DNA from: Clostridiaceae bacterium
Lineage (GTDB): Bacteria; Bacillota; Clostridia; Oscillospirales; QAMX01
Length of the DNA stretch: 64,000 nucleotides
NCBI GenBank assembly: GCA_018384365.1
Contig: JAHAYX010000001.1
Coordinates: 180,294 to 244,293 of the forward strand
Direction of reading: 5' to 3'
Shown: in pieces, positions 18,198 through 27,447 of the stretch
Numbering within the stretch: the stretch's first letter is position 1
Layout of the letters: each line of letters starts with the position of its first letter
The notes under the pieces: generated by a model
Database searches by the model: none
Seen by the model: only the letters and a program-made list of their open reading frames with translations
What the model was told of the DNA's origin: nothing
Position numbers and translations under genes: made by a program

Positions 18198-20711
18198 ATG
18201 AAAGAACAAGTGCTGCTTGCACATGGCTGGCACATCCGCAGTCTGGAACCCGCCGACGTCATTGATCCGGCCGTTACAGCAGCGGAACCCCTTACCGAAT
18301 GGCTGGCCGCCGCCGAAGTGCCCGCCGAGGTGCACGATATCCTGCTTTCACACGGCAAGCTCGATCCGGAGTTTCAGATCGGCTGGTGTGAAAGTGCCGC
18401 ATGGGTAACGAAACTCGACTGGCTGTACCGCCTCGACTTCCCCTGCGAAACGCCCGGCGTGCGCACCTATCTTCGTTTCGGCGGCCTTGACACCTTTGCC
18501 GACATTTATCTCAACGGCAAGCTCATCGGCAAGCACAACGACTTTTACGTTTCCGATAAAATCGATGTCAGCGAAATCATCGCACCGCAAAACACACTGA
18601 TCCTGCACTTCCACAACACGCTCGGCGTGCTCGACGCCATGGAGCTGCCGGAAGAGTGGGCGCCTATCGACAAATGCAAGCTGATCCGGAAATCCTGCCA
18701 TGATTTCCCGAGTGATCCGGGGGAAGGCAGCACTTATCTGGGCATCGTCGGCTATCACACGCCGATCGGTATTTATGAACCGGTTGAGCTGATTCTGGCG
18801 GACGAAGCGGAAATCACCTGCGACGAGGTGCGCGCCACCCTGCGTGACGATCTGGTAACCGGCGCGCTGCGCGTCACAGTATCCGGTGTTTGCCACCGCG
18901 ACGGCGATCTGAATATCAAAGCAACGCTTTATGATCCGGAGGGCACGCTGATCGGTGAGGCGGTCGCCCACGCGTGGGATGAGGAAATCGGCTTCCCCGT
19001 GATGCATCCCCAGCTCTGGTGGCCGGCCGGCTATGGTGCACATCCGCTCTACCGCGCCGAAATCGAAGTTTTTCTCGATGGCCGCCTGTGCGACAAATTT
19101 ACAAAAGAGGTTGGTTTCCGCCGGATTGAGCAGCCGTATTCCTTCGGTTTCGTCATCAACGGCAAAAATGTCCGGCTTTGGGGTGCCTGCATGGATCCTT
19201 TCCAGGCCTATACCCACGTCTGGCAGCATGACCGTGTCTGGCGCGTCCTGGACATGGCGGAAAATGCGCACTTCAACATCCTGCGCCTGTGGGGCGAAGG
19301 CGGCATTCCCTACCGCGATGAGTTTTACGAGGAGTGCGACCGCCGCGGCATCCTCCTCTGGCAGGAGTTCTTCCATGGCCACGGTATGTTCCCGGATTCC
19401 GAGGAATACCGGAAGCTCTACCGCCGCGAGGGACGCGAGCTGATTCTGCGTCTGCGCCACCATGCCTGCCTTCTGATGTGGTGCGGCGGCAACGAGTGCG
19501 TCATGGGCTCGGAGTTCTTCTTCCGCGATCAGCCCGTGATCGGAAAAGTCGTCCTGCAGGAAGATTATCCCGCACTGCTCGCCGAGCTGGATCCCGGCCG
19601 CTACTATCACCTGACTTCCCCGACCGGCGGCGAATGGGCCAACGACCCGCGCATCGGCGACAACCACACCTATGACTGCATCTGGCAGTACCCCTTCTAT
19701 GAGTACCCGAACTTTATCTCCGAGGATATCCGTACCTCGCCGCCTGTCCTGCACAGCCTGAAGCGCATCATCCACGGCGACGTGTGGCCGGAAGGCTACG
19801 ACGGGAAGTTCTCCTCCGGCGACCGCTTCCCCATGCCGGAAAACTGGATGCAGCGCTCGTGCCACGGCGCCAAGGGCCATGTAAAAACCGGTCCCTACTG
19901 GGAGTATTATGACGCAGACAACGCCGCCGACCATATTTATCGCTTCGGCGCCTCCTATGCCCAGGTCCTGCGCGATAATATTGAGCGTATCCGTATGGGC
20001 GGCCCGACGGACAATCTGCCTCCGGCAATCCGTTCCAAGGGTCACCTCTCCTGTAAGTTCAACGATACCTGGCCCAAGTGCTATTGTGCCACGATCGACT
20101 ATTTCCATGAAGCATTCCACCCCTATTACGCCACGCTGCGCGGCTATGCGCCGGTGATACTCTGCTTCGATATCCGAAACGAGATTCATCTCTGGCTCGT
20201 AAACGACTCTCCGGAGACCATCCGCGGCACCGTGACCTTCGCGCTCTTTGACATGACCACAAACGAGTTCTCCTGCGAACGCCGCGTACCGATGGAGGTT
20301 GCCAATTCCGGCGGCAAAATCGTTATGGATCTGAACTGGCTCAAATATTTTGAAAAGCAGAAGCTGCTTTACGCCCGCTTTGAGGATGAAGAGGGCCGCG
20401 TCATCTGCACAGCCGTCGATTACTGCGACGTGGAACGGCATTATGCTTTCCCGGATGCAAAGCTCGACGTCACCTGTGAGGGGGACGATCTTGTCATCCG
20501 CACCGACCGCTTTGCCCGCTGTGTGGAAATCCTCGGCGAGTGCGACGGCGACCCGTTCGGCTGGTTCTTCAGCGATAACTACTTCGACCTCGTCCCGGGT
20601 GACGAAAAGCGCGTGAAAATCCGCGGCAAACTGCCGCACGGCACCATTTCTCTGCGCCCGCACTATTCGGCGCATACCACAACCGTCGACTTCGTGCGCG
20701 CAAGGGGATAA
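18198..20711 (+). CDS. Glycoside hydrolase family 2 (beta-mannosidase-like), cytoplasmic
   Basis: FGGLDTFA, LWWPAGYG, LRLWG, CDRRGILLWQEF, WCGGNE (acid/base), FISE (nucleophile) and FSDNYFDL motifs; no signal peptide. Confidence 0.88.
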   Translation: MKEQVLLAHGWHIRSLEPADVIDPAVTAAEPLTEWLAAAEVPAEVHDILLSHGKLDPEFQIGWCESAAWVTKLDWLYRLDFPCETPGVRTYLRFGGLDTFADIYLNGKLIGKHNDFYVSDKIDVSEIIAPQNTLILHFHNTLGVLDAMELPEEWAPIDKCKLIRKSCHDFPSDPGEGSTYLGIVGYHTPIGIYEPVELILADEAEITCDEVRATLRDDLVTGALRVTVSGVCHRDGDLNIKATLYDPEGTLIGEAVAHAWDEEIGFPVMHPQLWWPAGYGAHPLYRAEIEVFLDGRLCDKFTKEVGFRRIEQPYSFGFVINGKNVRLWGACMDPFQAYTHVWQHDRVWRVLDMAENAHFNILRLWGEGGIPYRDEFYEECDRRGILLWQEFFHGHGMFPDSEEYRKLYRREGRELILRLRHHACLLMWCGGNECVMGSEFFFRDQPVIGKVVLQEDYPALLAELDPGRYYHLTSPTGGEWANDPRIGDNHTYDCIWQYPFYEYPNFISEDIRTSPPVLHSLKRIIHGDVWPEGYDGKFSSGDRFPMPENWMQRSCHGAKGHVKTGPYWEYYDADNAADHIYRFGASYAQVLRDNIERIRMGGPTDNLPPAIRSKGHLSCKFNDTWPKCYCATIDYFHEAFHPYYATLRGYAPVILCFDIRNEIHLWLVNDSPETIRGTVTFALFDMTTNEFSCERRVPMEVANSGGKIVMDLNWLKYFEKQKLLYARFEDEEGRVICTAVDYCDVERHYAFPDAKLDVTCEGDDLVIRTDRFARCVEILGECDGDPFGWFFSDNYFDLVPGDEKRVKIRGKLPHGTISLRPHYSAHTTTVDFVRARG

Positions 20712-20820
20712 AACCCCCTTCCGAACGGATGCTGGGAAAGGGCAGCCGCTTTCCGCGCACGTAACCGCCACCGTTTTCCGCGGCGCAGAATCAATACGAA
20801 GAGAAGGCAGGAGAAAGCAT

Positions 20821-21618
20821 ATGTATCAGCATCATGAAGAGAGCCTTGCCATCGCGCTGGATTACTTCAAGACCAAATCCCGCGTGAAAGACGGACTGAT
20901 CGCCATCATTTTTGGTGGATCCGTTGCAAAGGGCTGCGAACGCCCGGATTCCGACCTTGACTTCATGGTCATCGTCACGGACGAAAAGTATGCACAGCTC
21001 AAGGCAGAAGGAATCGCCACGGAGGCCATTCACGGCCTGTGCACCTATCCGGAGGGATATTTTGATATCAAATACTATCCCAAGAGCTTCCTGTCCGCCG
21101 TTGCCGACCACGGCAGCGAGCCTGCACGCAATGCCTGGCTGAAATCGCAATGCCTTTACACGACCGATCCGGAAATTCCGACGCTGGTTGCGGCCATTCC
21201 GCGCTTCCAGACAGAGCTGCGCGACGACAAAATGCTCAGCTTCTACGGTGAAATGGAGCTGAACAGCCGCTATTTCTGGAAAATGGGTGTGAATGACCGG
21301 TTCCTGCGCACGCGTGCCGGAACCAGCATCGTCCTCTTCGGCCTGCGTATGATTCTGGAGGAGAACGAGATCTTCTATCCGTGCGCAAAGGGCCTGTATG
21401 CTGCAATCAAGTCCGCGCCCCGGAAGCCGGACGCCATCCTGGAAAAGGCTGACCGCCTCCTCGAAACCCTCTCCGACGAAGCAAAGGACGATTTCGTCAA
21501 TGCCATCCACGAATTCCTCACCTGGCAGCCGCCCGAATGGGACATTGCCACTTCCCGTTACACGCAGGATAAGGAACTTTGGTGGTATAACCCCCGTCCG
21601 CTGATCGCCGAGTGGTAA
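20821..21618 (+). CDS. Pol-beta-like nucleotidyltransferase domain protein
   Basis: GGSVAKG...DSDLD (GS...DxD) motif plus a helical C-terminal region. Confidence 0.8.
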   Translation: MYQHHEESLAIALDYFKTKSRVKDGLIAIIFGGSVAKGCERPDSDLDFMVIVTDEKYAQLKAEGIATEAIHGLCTYPEGYFDIKYYPKSFLSAVADHGSEPARNAWLKSQCLYTTDPEIPTLVAAIPRFQTELRDDKMLSFYGEMELNSRYFWKMGVNDRFLRTRAGTSIVLFGLRMILEENEIFYPCAKGLYAAIKSAPRKPDAILEKADRLLETLSDEAKDDFVNAIHEFLTWQPPEWDIATSRYTQDKELWWYNPRPLIAEW

Positions 21619-21646
21619 TTTCTCCGTTTCAAACTGTATTTTTCGC

Positions 21647-21687
21647 AAAAACTGCCTGTCCGCCCATCGCGGACGGGCAGTTTTTTT
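21647..21687 (+). terminator. Intrinsic terminator closing the cluster
   Basis: AACTGCCTGTCCGC/GCGGACGGGCAGTT followed by a T-run. Confidence 0.85.
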
Positions 21688-21875
21688 CATGCCCCTTCCC
21701 TTTCCTTCCTCACCGTCAGGCGCACGCCGGGGCGCCGGCTGTCACATTGCGTCTTTCTGTGCATATACTGGAATAAGCGCCTGATTGAAATCTTTTCCAC
21801 CGATCAGGACGCGTTATTTCGCCGGAAACTCCTGCGAAACGACACGGCTTTTCGACAGAAAGGCGTGAAAGTGCA

Positions 21876-22121
21876 GTGTATGATTGTATGATAGTACTCC
21901 GCTCGGCAACCTCGGCACAAAGAGCCGGCAAAACGCTCGCCGCAAACGGCATACCGACCGTGATTGTCCGGCCTCCTGCTTCTGTAACGGGCGGTTCCTG
22001 TTCCCACGCAGTCAAGTTCGACTGCCGCTTCCTGACTCCCGTGCAGGAAGCCTTGACCAAATACGGCATTTCCAATCACGGTGTTTACCGTCTGGACAAA
22101 GGAGCATTTCAAAAAATCTGA
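21876..22121 (+). CDS. DUF3343 domain small protein
   Basis: SATSAQRA...LAANGI...RPP...SCSHAVK pattern; typical neighbour of a desulfurase. Confidence 0.7.
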   Translation: MYDCMIVLRSATSAQRAGKTLAANGIPTVIVRPPASVTGGSCSHAVKFDCRFLTPVQEALTKYGISNHGVYRLDKGAFQKI

Positions 22122-22178
22122 CCGCGCCGGATCCTTCGCCTGATGGGCAGACGGCGGCGCAGGCGAAAGGATGGGACT

Positions 22179-23333
22179 ATGGTCTTTTTGGACAATGCAG
22201 CAACTTCCTATCACAAACCTCCGGCTGTTTACCGTGCAGTGCGGGACGCCATGCGGGAATGTGCCTCGGTCGGGCGCGGCGGTTACGCCGAAGCCGAAGC
22301 GGCCGCGGCGCGCGTTTACGACTGCCGCACAGAGCTTGCCGCCCTGTATCACGTTGCGAACCCGGAAAAAATTATCTTCACCTACAACGCCACGGTTGCG
22401 CTGAATATGGCGATCAAGGGTCTGCTCCACAGCGGTCATGCCGTGATCTCCGGTTACGAACACAACGCCGTTGTCCGCCCGCTTGTCTCGCTGGAACGCT
22501 TCGGCGTTACGTACACGGCGGCGCAGGCGCCGCTTTTCGACCAGGAAGGATTGCTGCAGGAATTCCGGGCGTGTCTCCGGCCGGAAACCGGCCTGGTTGT
22601 CTGCAATCACGTTTCCAACGTGTTCGGTTCCATTGCGCCGGTCGAAGCGCTGGACGCGCTGTGCTGGGAACACGGTCTCCCGCTTGTTATCGACGCTTCG
22701 CAGTCCGCAGGCACCTTGCCGCTGGACGCCTCCCGCCTGCGTGCAACAGAATTCATCTGTATGCCCGGGCACAAGGGGCTTTACGGCCCGCAGGGAACGG
22801 GCGTTATGCTGCATACCGGAACGCGCGCGTGCACAACAATCCTCGAGGGCGGCACCGGAAGTGCCTCCGCCTCCTATTTACAGCCCACTTTCGAGCCCGA
22901 CCGGTTTGAAAGCGGCACGCTGAACGTTGCGGGCATTGCGGGACTCTGTGAAGGCGTTCGTTTTGTCCGCCGGGAGGGCGAGGCACAAATTGCCGGGCGG
23001 GAGCGCCGCCTTGTGCGGTATATCGGCAGCGAACTGCAAAAAATCGACGGCATCACCGTCTATATGAGCCGGGATCCCGCCGCACAAAGCGGCGTATTAT
23101 CCTTTGCAAGCCGCGATATGGAGTGCGAAACGCTGGCCGCCGCGCTTTCCAGCGCCGGTATAGCCGTACGCGCCGGACTGCATTGTGCGCCGCTGGCTCA
23201 TGTCACCGCCGGAACGTATCCCGGCGGCACCGTGCGTGTCTCGCCCGGCGCATTTTCCACGCAGCGCGACGCCGAGCGCCTGATCATCGCCGTGCGTGCC
23301 GCTCTGCGCCGCGGCTCGCCCTCCGCCGTATAA
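22179..23333 (+). CDS. Class V PLP aminotransferase, cysteine desulfurase family
   Basis: FLDNAATS, EHNAV, DASQSAG, PGHKGLYGPQG and RAGLHCAP motifs. Confidence 0.92.
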   Translation: MVFLDNAATSYHKPPAVYRAVRDAMRECASVGRGGYAEAEAAAARVYDCRTELAALYHVANPEKIIFTYNATVALNMAIKGLLHSGHAVISGYEHNAVVRPLVSLERFGVTYTAAQAPLFDQEGLLQEFRACLRPETGLVVCNHVSNVFGSIAPVEALDALCWEHGLPLVIDASQSAGTLPLDASRLRATEFICMPGHKGLYGPQGTGVMLHTGTRACTTILEGGTGSASASYLQPTFEPDRFESGTLNVAGIAGLCEGVRFVRREGEAQIAGRERRLVRYIGSELQKIDGITVYMSRDPAAQSGVLSFASRDMECETLAAALSSAGIAVRAGLHCAPLAHVTAGTYPGGTVRVSPGAFSTQRDAERLIIAVRAALRRGSPSAV

Positions 23334-23339
23334 TGAAAA

Positions 23340-23367
23340 ATCCCCCGGAGCGGATGCTCCGGGGGAT
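23340..23367. terminator. Terminator hairpin between convergent desulfurase and bsh genes
   Basis: ATCCCCCGGAGC-ggat-GCTCCGGGGGAT; the upstream A-run serves as the U-tract for the minus strand. Confidence 0.8.
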
Positions 23368-23392
23368 CGTCCTGCGCACAGGGATTTTCGCA

Positions 23393-24367
23393 TCAATTCT
23401 GCATTCTGATCTGCTCGCCTGTGATCAGCGGATACCGCACCAGCTGTGTACCGTCCAGGTTCTCCCGGTGCATATCCACAGCTGTGATCTGATGATTGTC
23501 ATACGTCGTGTAATAGTATATCCCTTTGGCCGTATTGCAGCAGGAGGTGTAAAGCGTAATCTCGTATTTACCGTCCTCCAGTTCACAGCAGCCGCGCTGC
23601 TGATCCACGGAATTCAGGATGTGGAAGAACTGGCTCACACTCTCCAGCTCGCCATCGCCGGAGAGGGAGTTCATTTTGGTAAACGCCACGCGGACAAACC
23701 GGGACTGCGAGGACAGGTCCCCCGGAAGGCCCAGCGCGCCCATACCGCGGCTGTACCGGTTCAGGGTAAGCCCGTTTGCAAAGGTATTCTCCGGCGATTT
23801 TGCGGACAGGCCCATATAATTGTTCAGGGCAAACATCTGCATATCAAAGGGCGGATTGTTCGTCAGGACACCGACAGGGTTATCATAGATTTTCAAGCCA
23901 TCGCGCACGGACTCGACGGTGATGCTCTCCTGTTTATCCGAAATCATCCAGTGCAGCTGCGCCAAAGGCAGCTTGTCGCTGAAGGGCGTATTCAACAGAT
24001 TGAGGTTTTCCATCGCGCGGCGCGCCTCCTGCACGGAAGCACAGCGGCCCAGGATCCACGGGATGAATTCAAACTGCGCGATATTGTCTTTCCCGTCCAC
24101 ATGGTCCCAATAACAGGCGTTCCCCACGAAATTCAACCCGGCCATGGCAAGTCCCGCTTCATTCATGGCGTCATAATACAGCGGGTAATCCTCTGTGACA
24201 TAAGCCATGCCGATGATCGCATAATGGCTTGTGATACAGCCCTGTTCCCGGAACCGGAACGGATAGCTGCGCGGAGTAATGGTCACCTCGTCCCCATAAG
24301 AAAATTCATAATCCAGCGTGCGGCCGAAATAAAAATCCTTTGTCTGATACGTTGCAGCAGTGCACAT
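23393..24367 (-). CDS. bsh: Choloylglycine (bile salt) hydrolase
   Basis: N-terminal MCT nucleophile; FGRTLDYE, MNEAGL, VLTNNPPF and GLPGDLSSQSRFVR motifs; no signal peptide. Confidence 0.93.
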   Translation of the reverse strand: MCTAATYQTKDFYFGRTLDYEFSYGDEVTITPRSYPFRFREQGCITSHYAIIGMAYVTEDYPLYYDAMNEAGLAMAGLNFVGNACYWDHVDGKDNIAQFEFIPWILGRCASVQEARRAMENLNLLNTPFSDKLPLAQLHWMISDKQESITVESVRDGLKIYDNPVGVLTNNPPFDMQMFALNNYMGLSAKSPENTFANGLTLNRYSRGMGALGLPGDLSSQSRFVRVAFTKMNSLSGDGELESVSQFFHILNSVDQQRGCCELEDGKYEITLYTSCCNTAKGIYYYTTYDNHQITAVDMHRENLDGTQLVRYPLITGEQIRMQN

Positions 24368-24456
24368 CGTTATTCTCCTTCCTCGCACCGGCGGTTTTCA
24401 GGTTTATCCTGCTCCTTCTGCAAAAAAGCATACTGCGCAGGGTGATAAAATTTACA

Positions 24457-24496
24457 AAGAGGAACCCCCGGGCGCTTTGTTACGGGTGTTCCTCTT
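24457..24496 (-). terminator. Probable terminator after the TPM gene
   Basis: AAGAGGAAC...GTTCCTCTT inverted repeat. Confidence 0.55.
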
Positions 24497-24527
24497 GGTT
24501 TTGACAGGATCGATTTTCAAAGAAGCG

Positions 24528-25685
24528 TCAGCGTCCGGCTCCGCCGCCGCGTGTTCTGCCGCCTCCGCCCATTCTCGGACCGCCGGAACGGGAACCGCCG
24601 AACGAGCTGCGGCTGCCGGAACGGGAACCATCGAACGAGATTCTGCTGGGACGGGAGCCGCCGAGCGAGCTTCTGCCAGCTCCGCCGCCGCGCGTACTGC
24701 CGCCGCCGCCCATTCTCGGGCTGCTGGGGCGGGATGTGCCGGGACGGGGAGGCGCAGAGGGACGGGAAGGCGGATTGCCCATACCGGTTCTCGGTGCGCC
24801 GCCCATGCCCATGGTTCCCATGGGAGGACGCGGGGCTGCGCCGGGGCCGGGTGCTCTGGGTCTTCTGGGTGGGGGTGGCGGTCTGTGGCTCCAGAACGCC
24901 CGGTTAAAGATGCCGTAGCGATAGCCGCGCCGTCTTAAATAAATCGTTCTGGGAATCGCAACGACCGCAAAAACCAACACCACCAGAACCAGCACAATAA
25001 TCAGGAAAACTCCTGCGATTTTACCGATAATACCGCCTTTTTTGATGGTACGGTCCGTTTCCAGCGGATCTGCAGGGTCCTTGGCCGCGCCATCCGGCGC
25101 TGTGCCGTCTTCCAGCGTGCCGGGCGCAGTCAATGCGCCGTCCGTACCGCCGTTTGCCGCACCGGAATTCCCGCCGCCGACATTCACGCTGTAAAAACGG
25201 TCATACCAGCCCAGGAAAGCGTCAAAAACGTTCATAACACCGGCGTCATAGTTGCCGACTGCAAATTCCGGTTCCAGATAATCCTTCAGATAGTCGCCCA
25301 ACAGGCTGGCCGTCAGGGAAATTTCAATGCCGCTTCCCTGCACAGCCCAGTAATTTGCCTCGCCGGTCACAAGCAGAAGCAGCAGGCCGTTATTAAACTC
25401 CGCACTGCCGATCTTCCATTCGTTCATCAGTGTGCGCGCATATTCCTCGATGTTCTGACCGCCCAAAAACTCAATCGTCACGACAACAATCTGTCCGCCG
25501 GTGAGGGAATAGAGCGAATCATTCTTCGAGACTATGTAGCTTTCCGTCTCGTCCGAGAGGACGTTTGCATAGTCCGCCACATAAAAAACCTCTGTCGGAT
25601 CCACAACCTCAATAGCCGCCGCAAATCCGATCAGCAGCATCACCGCGCACAACAGCATCGCGGTCAATCTCATTGTTTTTTTCAT
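24528..25685 (-). CDS. TPM domain membrane protein with Pro/Gly/Arg-rich tail
   Basis: Signal peptide; YVADYANVLS, QIVVVT, WKIG...NNGLLLL and GSGIE motifs; TM helix; low-complexity tail. Confidence 0.88.
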   Translation of the reverse strand: MKKTMRLTAMLLCAVMLLIGFAAAIEVVDPTEVFYVADYANVLSDETESYIVSKNDSLYSLTGGQIVVVTIEFLGGQNIEEYARTLMNEWKIGSAEFNNGLLLLLVTGEANYWAVQGSGIEISLTASLLGDYLKDYLEPEFAVGNYDAGVMNVFDAFLGWYDRFYSVNVGGGNSGAANGGTDGALTAPGTLEDGTAPDGAAKDPADPLETDRTIKKGGIIGKIAGVFLIIVLVLVVLVFAVVAIPRTIYLRRRGYRYGIFNRAFWSHRPPPPPRRPRAPGPGAAPRPPMGTMGMGGAPRTGMGNPPSRPSAPPRPGTSRPSSPRMGGGGSTRGGGAGRSSLGGSRPSRISFDGSRSGSRSSFGGSRSGGPRMGGGGRTRGGGAGR

Positions 25686-25697
25686 AGCACAGTATCC

Positions 25698-26255
25698 TTA
25701 TCCGTAATATTCGGCGTTTCCGGTAAACGTGAGATACTTCAGGATGCTGGCCGGGAATTTTGCCAGCGTTTCTTCGTTCAGTTCACGTACCAGTTCGTTA
25801 TAGCCATCATGGGAAATGATGTACGCATACGACGTCATGTCCGTCATAATACCACTGCGGTAGCCCTCGTCCGTCTCGGACAGCGGCTCATTCAAAAGTG
25901 CCGCATTCAAATCGCTCACCGAGCGGTCCAACGCCTGATTCAGGGTATAACAGCGCGAAGGGGAAGATTCCTTTTCCAGGCGTTTGGCGTCCGTGCGCAC
26001 TTTCACAACAAGATCATCCTCCGCCCCAAGATAGCGTTCCGCAACAGTCGCCAGATTATTCGCCAGCTGCACGCGCGTCCCCAGGTCGTGATAAATGCTC
26101 TTGCCGTCGCCGTCCACACCGTAGACAAAGGCGCTCTCCGTTTCGGCAATTGCTTCCGAAATGGAACGGCGCGCGCCGCCCAGGATTGACAGTGCCACAA
26201 CAATCACGCAAATCAGCATGGCAACCTTTCTATTCTTCAGCACGGATGGCCGCAC
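25698..26255 (-). CDS. LemA-like membrane-anchored helical protein
   Basis: N-terminal TM helix; C-terminal YNELVRELN...FPASIL resembles LemA YNxxVxxYN...FP; adjacent to a TPM gene. Confidence 0.6.
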   Translation of the reverse strand: MRPSVLKNRKVAMLICVIVVALSILGGARRSISEAIAETESAFVYGVDGDGKSIYHDLGTRVQLANNLATVAERYLGAEDDLVVKVRTDAKRLEKESSPSRCYTLNQALDRSVSDLNAALLNEPLSETDEGYRSGIMTDMTSYAYIISHDGYNELVRELNEETLAKFPASILKYLTFTGNAEYYG

Positions 26256-26276
26256 CCCCTTTCAGGCGGGCTGCAC

Positions 26277-27395
26277 TCAGCCCCGCAGTTCCAAAAGTTT
26301 CTGTTTCAGTTCTCCCTCGATGCGTCCCAGTTCCACCTCGGCTTCGCGGCGGCGCTGTGCGCCCTCGTTCTGGATGTTCACAACCTCATCCAGCGTAGCA
26401 ATCAGCTGCTGATTGGTCTCCTGCAGCGTTTCGATATCAATAATCGAGCGCTCCGCCTCCCGGGCCGTTGCGGCCGTGCCGATGCGAAGCATCTCGGCGT
26501 TCTTCTTCAAAAGCTCGTTTGTCATATTATTGACTGCATTCTGCGCTTCCGTTGCCGCGCGGGAATGTTCCAGACCCAGAGACAGCACCATCTGGCTCTT
26601 CCACAGCGGAATGGTGTTCACGAGCGAGGACTGGATCTTTTCCACCATCATCGCGTCGTTATTCTGCAAGAGCCGGGTCTGCGGACCCATCTGAATCGAC
26701 ACCACGCGGGTGAGTTCCAGATCGTGCAGCTTCTTTTCAAAGCGGTTGCACTGGTTTGCCAGGTCATTATAGGCCTGTGCATCCTCCTGAAGACCTGTCC
26801 GCACAGCTTTTTCCTTCAGTTCGGCAAGCTCTCCGGCGCGTGTTTCCTCCAGCTTCTTCTGACCCGCCAGAATATACATCGTCAGTTCCTTATAATACTT
26901 CAGATTCAGCTCATACATCTGATCTAGCAGGGCAATATCCTTCAAAAGCGTGACCTGATGCTCTTCCAAAACGCCGACGATCTTGTCCACATTGGCTTCC
27001 GCCTTGGCATACTGCGCACGCATCGTCGAAAGCTGATCCTTTGCGCGGCGGAAAAGCCCGCGCTTCGGGTTGGACATATCCACGCCCTTGAGTTCGCCCA
27101 CCAGATTCGAAAGCGTCTGGCCGATCTCGCCCATATCCTTCGTACGGACGCTGGAAAGCGCATCCTCCGAGAACGTCGCCACGTGCTTCTGCGCCGCGGC
27201 GCCGTATTGCAGGATCATCTGATTGTTCGTCAGGTCAATTTTGTTTGCAAAATCCTCCACAGCGCGGCGTTCCGACTCTGTGAGCATACTGTCGTTGATC
27301 GCGGCAGGCGCCGCCGTTTTCACTTCCGACGCCTCTAAATCCATGCCTTCTCCCAGATCGGGCTGCAAGGTGAGTTCCGGTATCGTATTATCCAT
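26277..27395 (-). CDS. TelA/YaaN toxic anion resistance protein
   Basis: ILQYGAAAQ, FEKKLHDLELTR, NTIPLWKSQM and TNELLKKNAE motifs. Confidence 0.92.
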   Translation of the reverse strand: MDNTIPELTLQPDLGEGMDLEASEVKTAAPAAINDSMLTESERRAVEDFANKIDLTNNQMILQYGAAAQKHVATFSEDALSSVRTKDMGEIGQTLSNLVGELKGVDMSNPKRGLFRRAKDQLSTMRAQYAKAEANVDKIVGVLEEHQVTLLKDIALLDQMYELNLKYYKELTMYILAGQKKLEETRAGELAELKEKAVRTGLQEDAQAYNDLANQCNRFEKKLHDLELTRVVSIQMGPQTRLLQNNDAMMVEKIQSSLVNTIPLWKSQMVLSLGLEHSRAATEAQNAVNNMTNELLKKNAEMLRIGTAATAREAERSIIDIETLQETNQQLIATLDEVVNIQNEGAQRRREAEVELGRIEGELKQKLLELRG

Positions 27396-27447
27396 ATCTG
27401 GCGCTCCTTTATCTCAACTGTCCTCCGTCCGCTGCGGACGGGGATTT

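Noticed and set aside
20715-20745. REP-like family suggested by CGGATGCT shared with the hairpin at 23340
   Set aside because: There are only two short, imperfect copies, which is compatible with chance.
18348-20771. 807-aa antisense ORF over the GH2 gene
   Set aside because: It is a shadow ORF from GC-rich codon bias, with no motifs or RBS, and it mirrors a real gene.
20821-21618. NTase as an MNT-HEPN toxin-antitoxin, AbiE or CBASS cyclase
   Set aside because: There is no neighbouring HEPN (RxxxxH), effector or antitoxin gene; it is too long for an MNT, and the context is metabolic.
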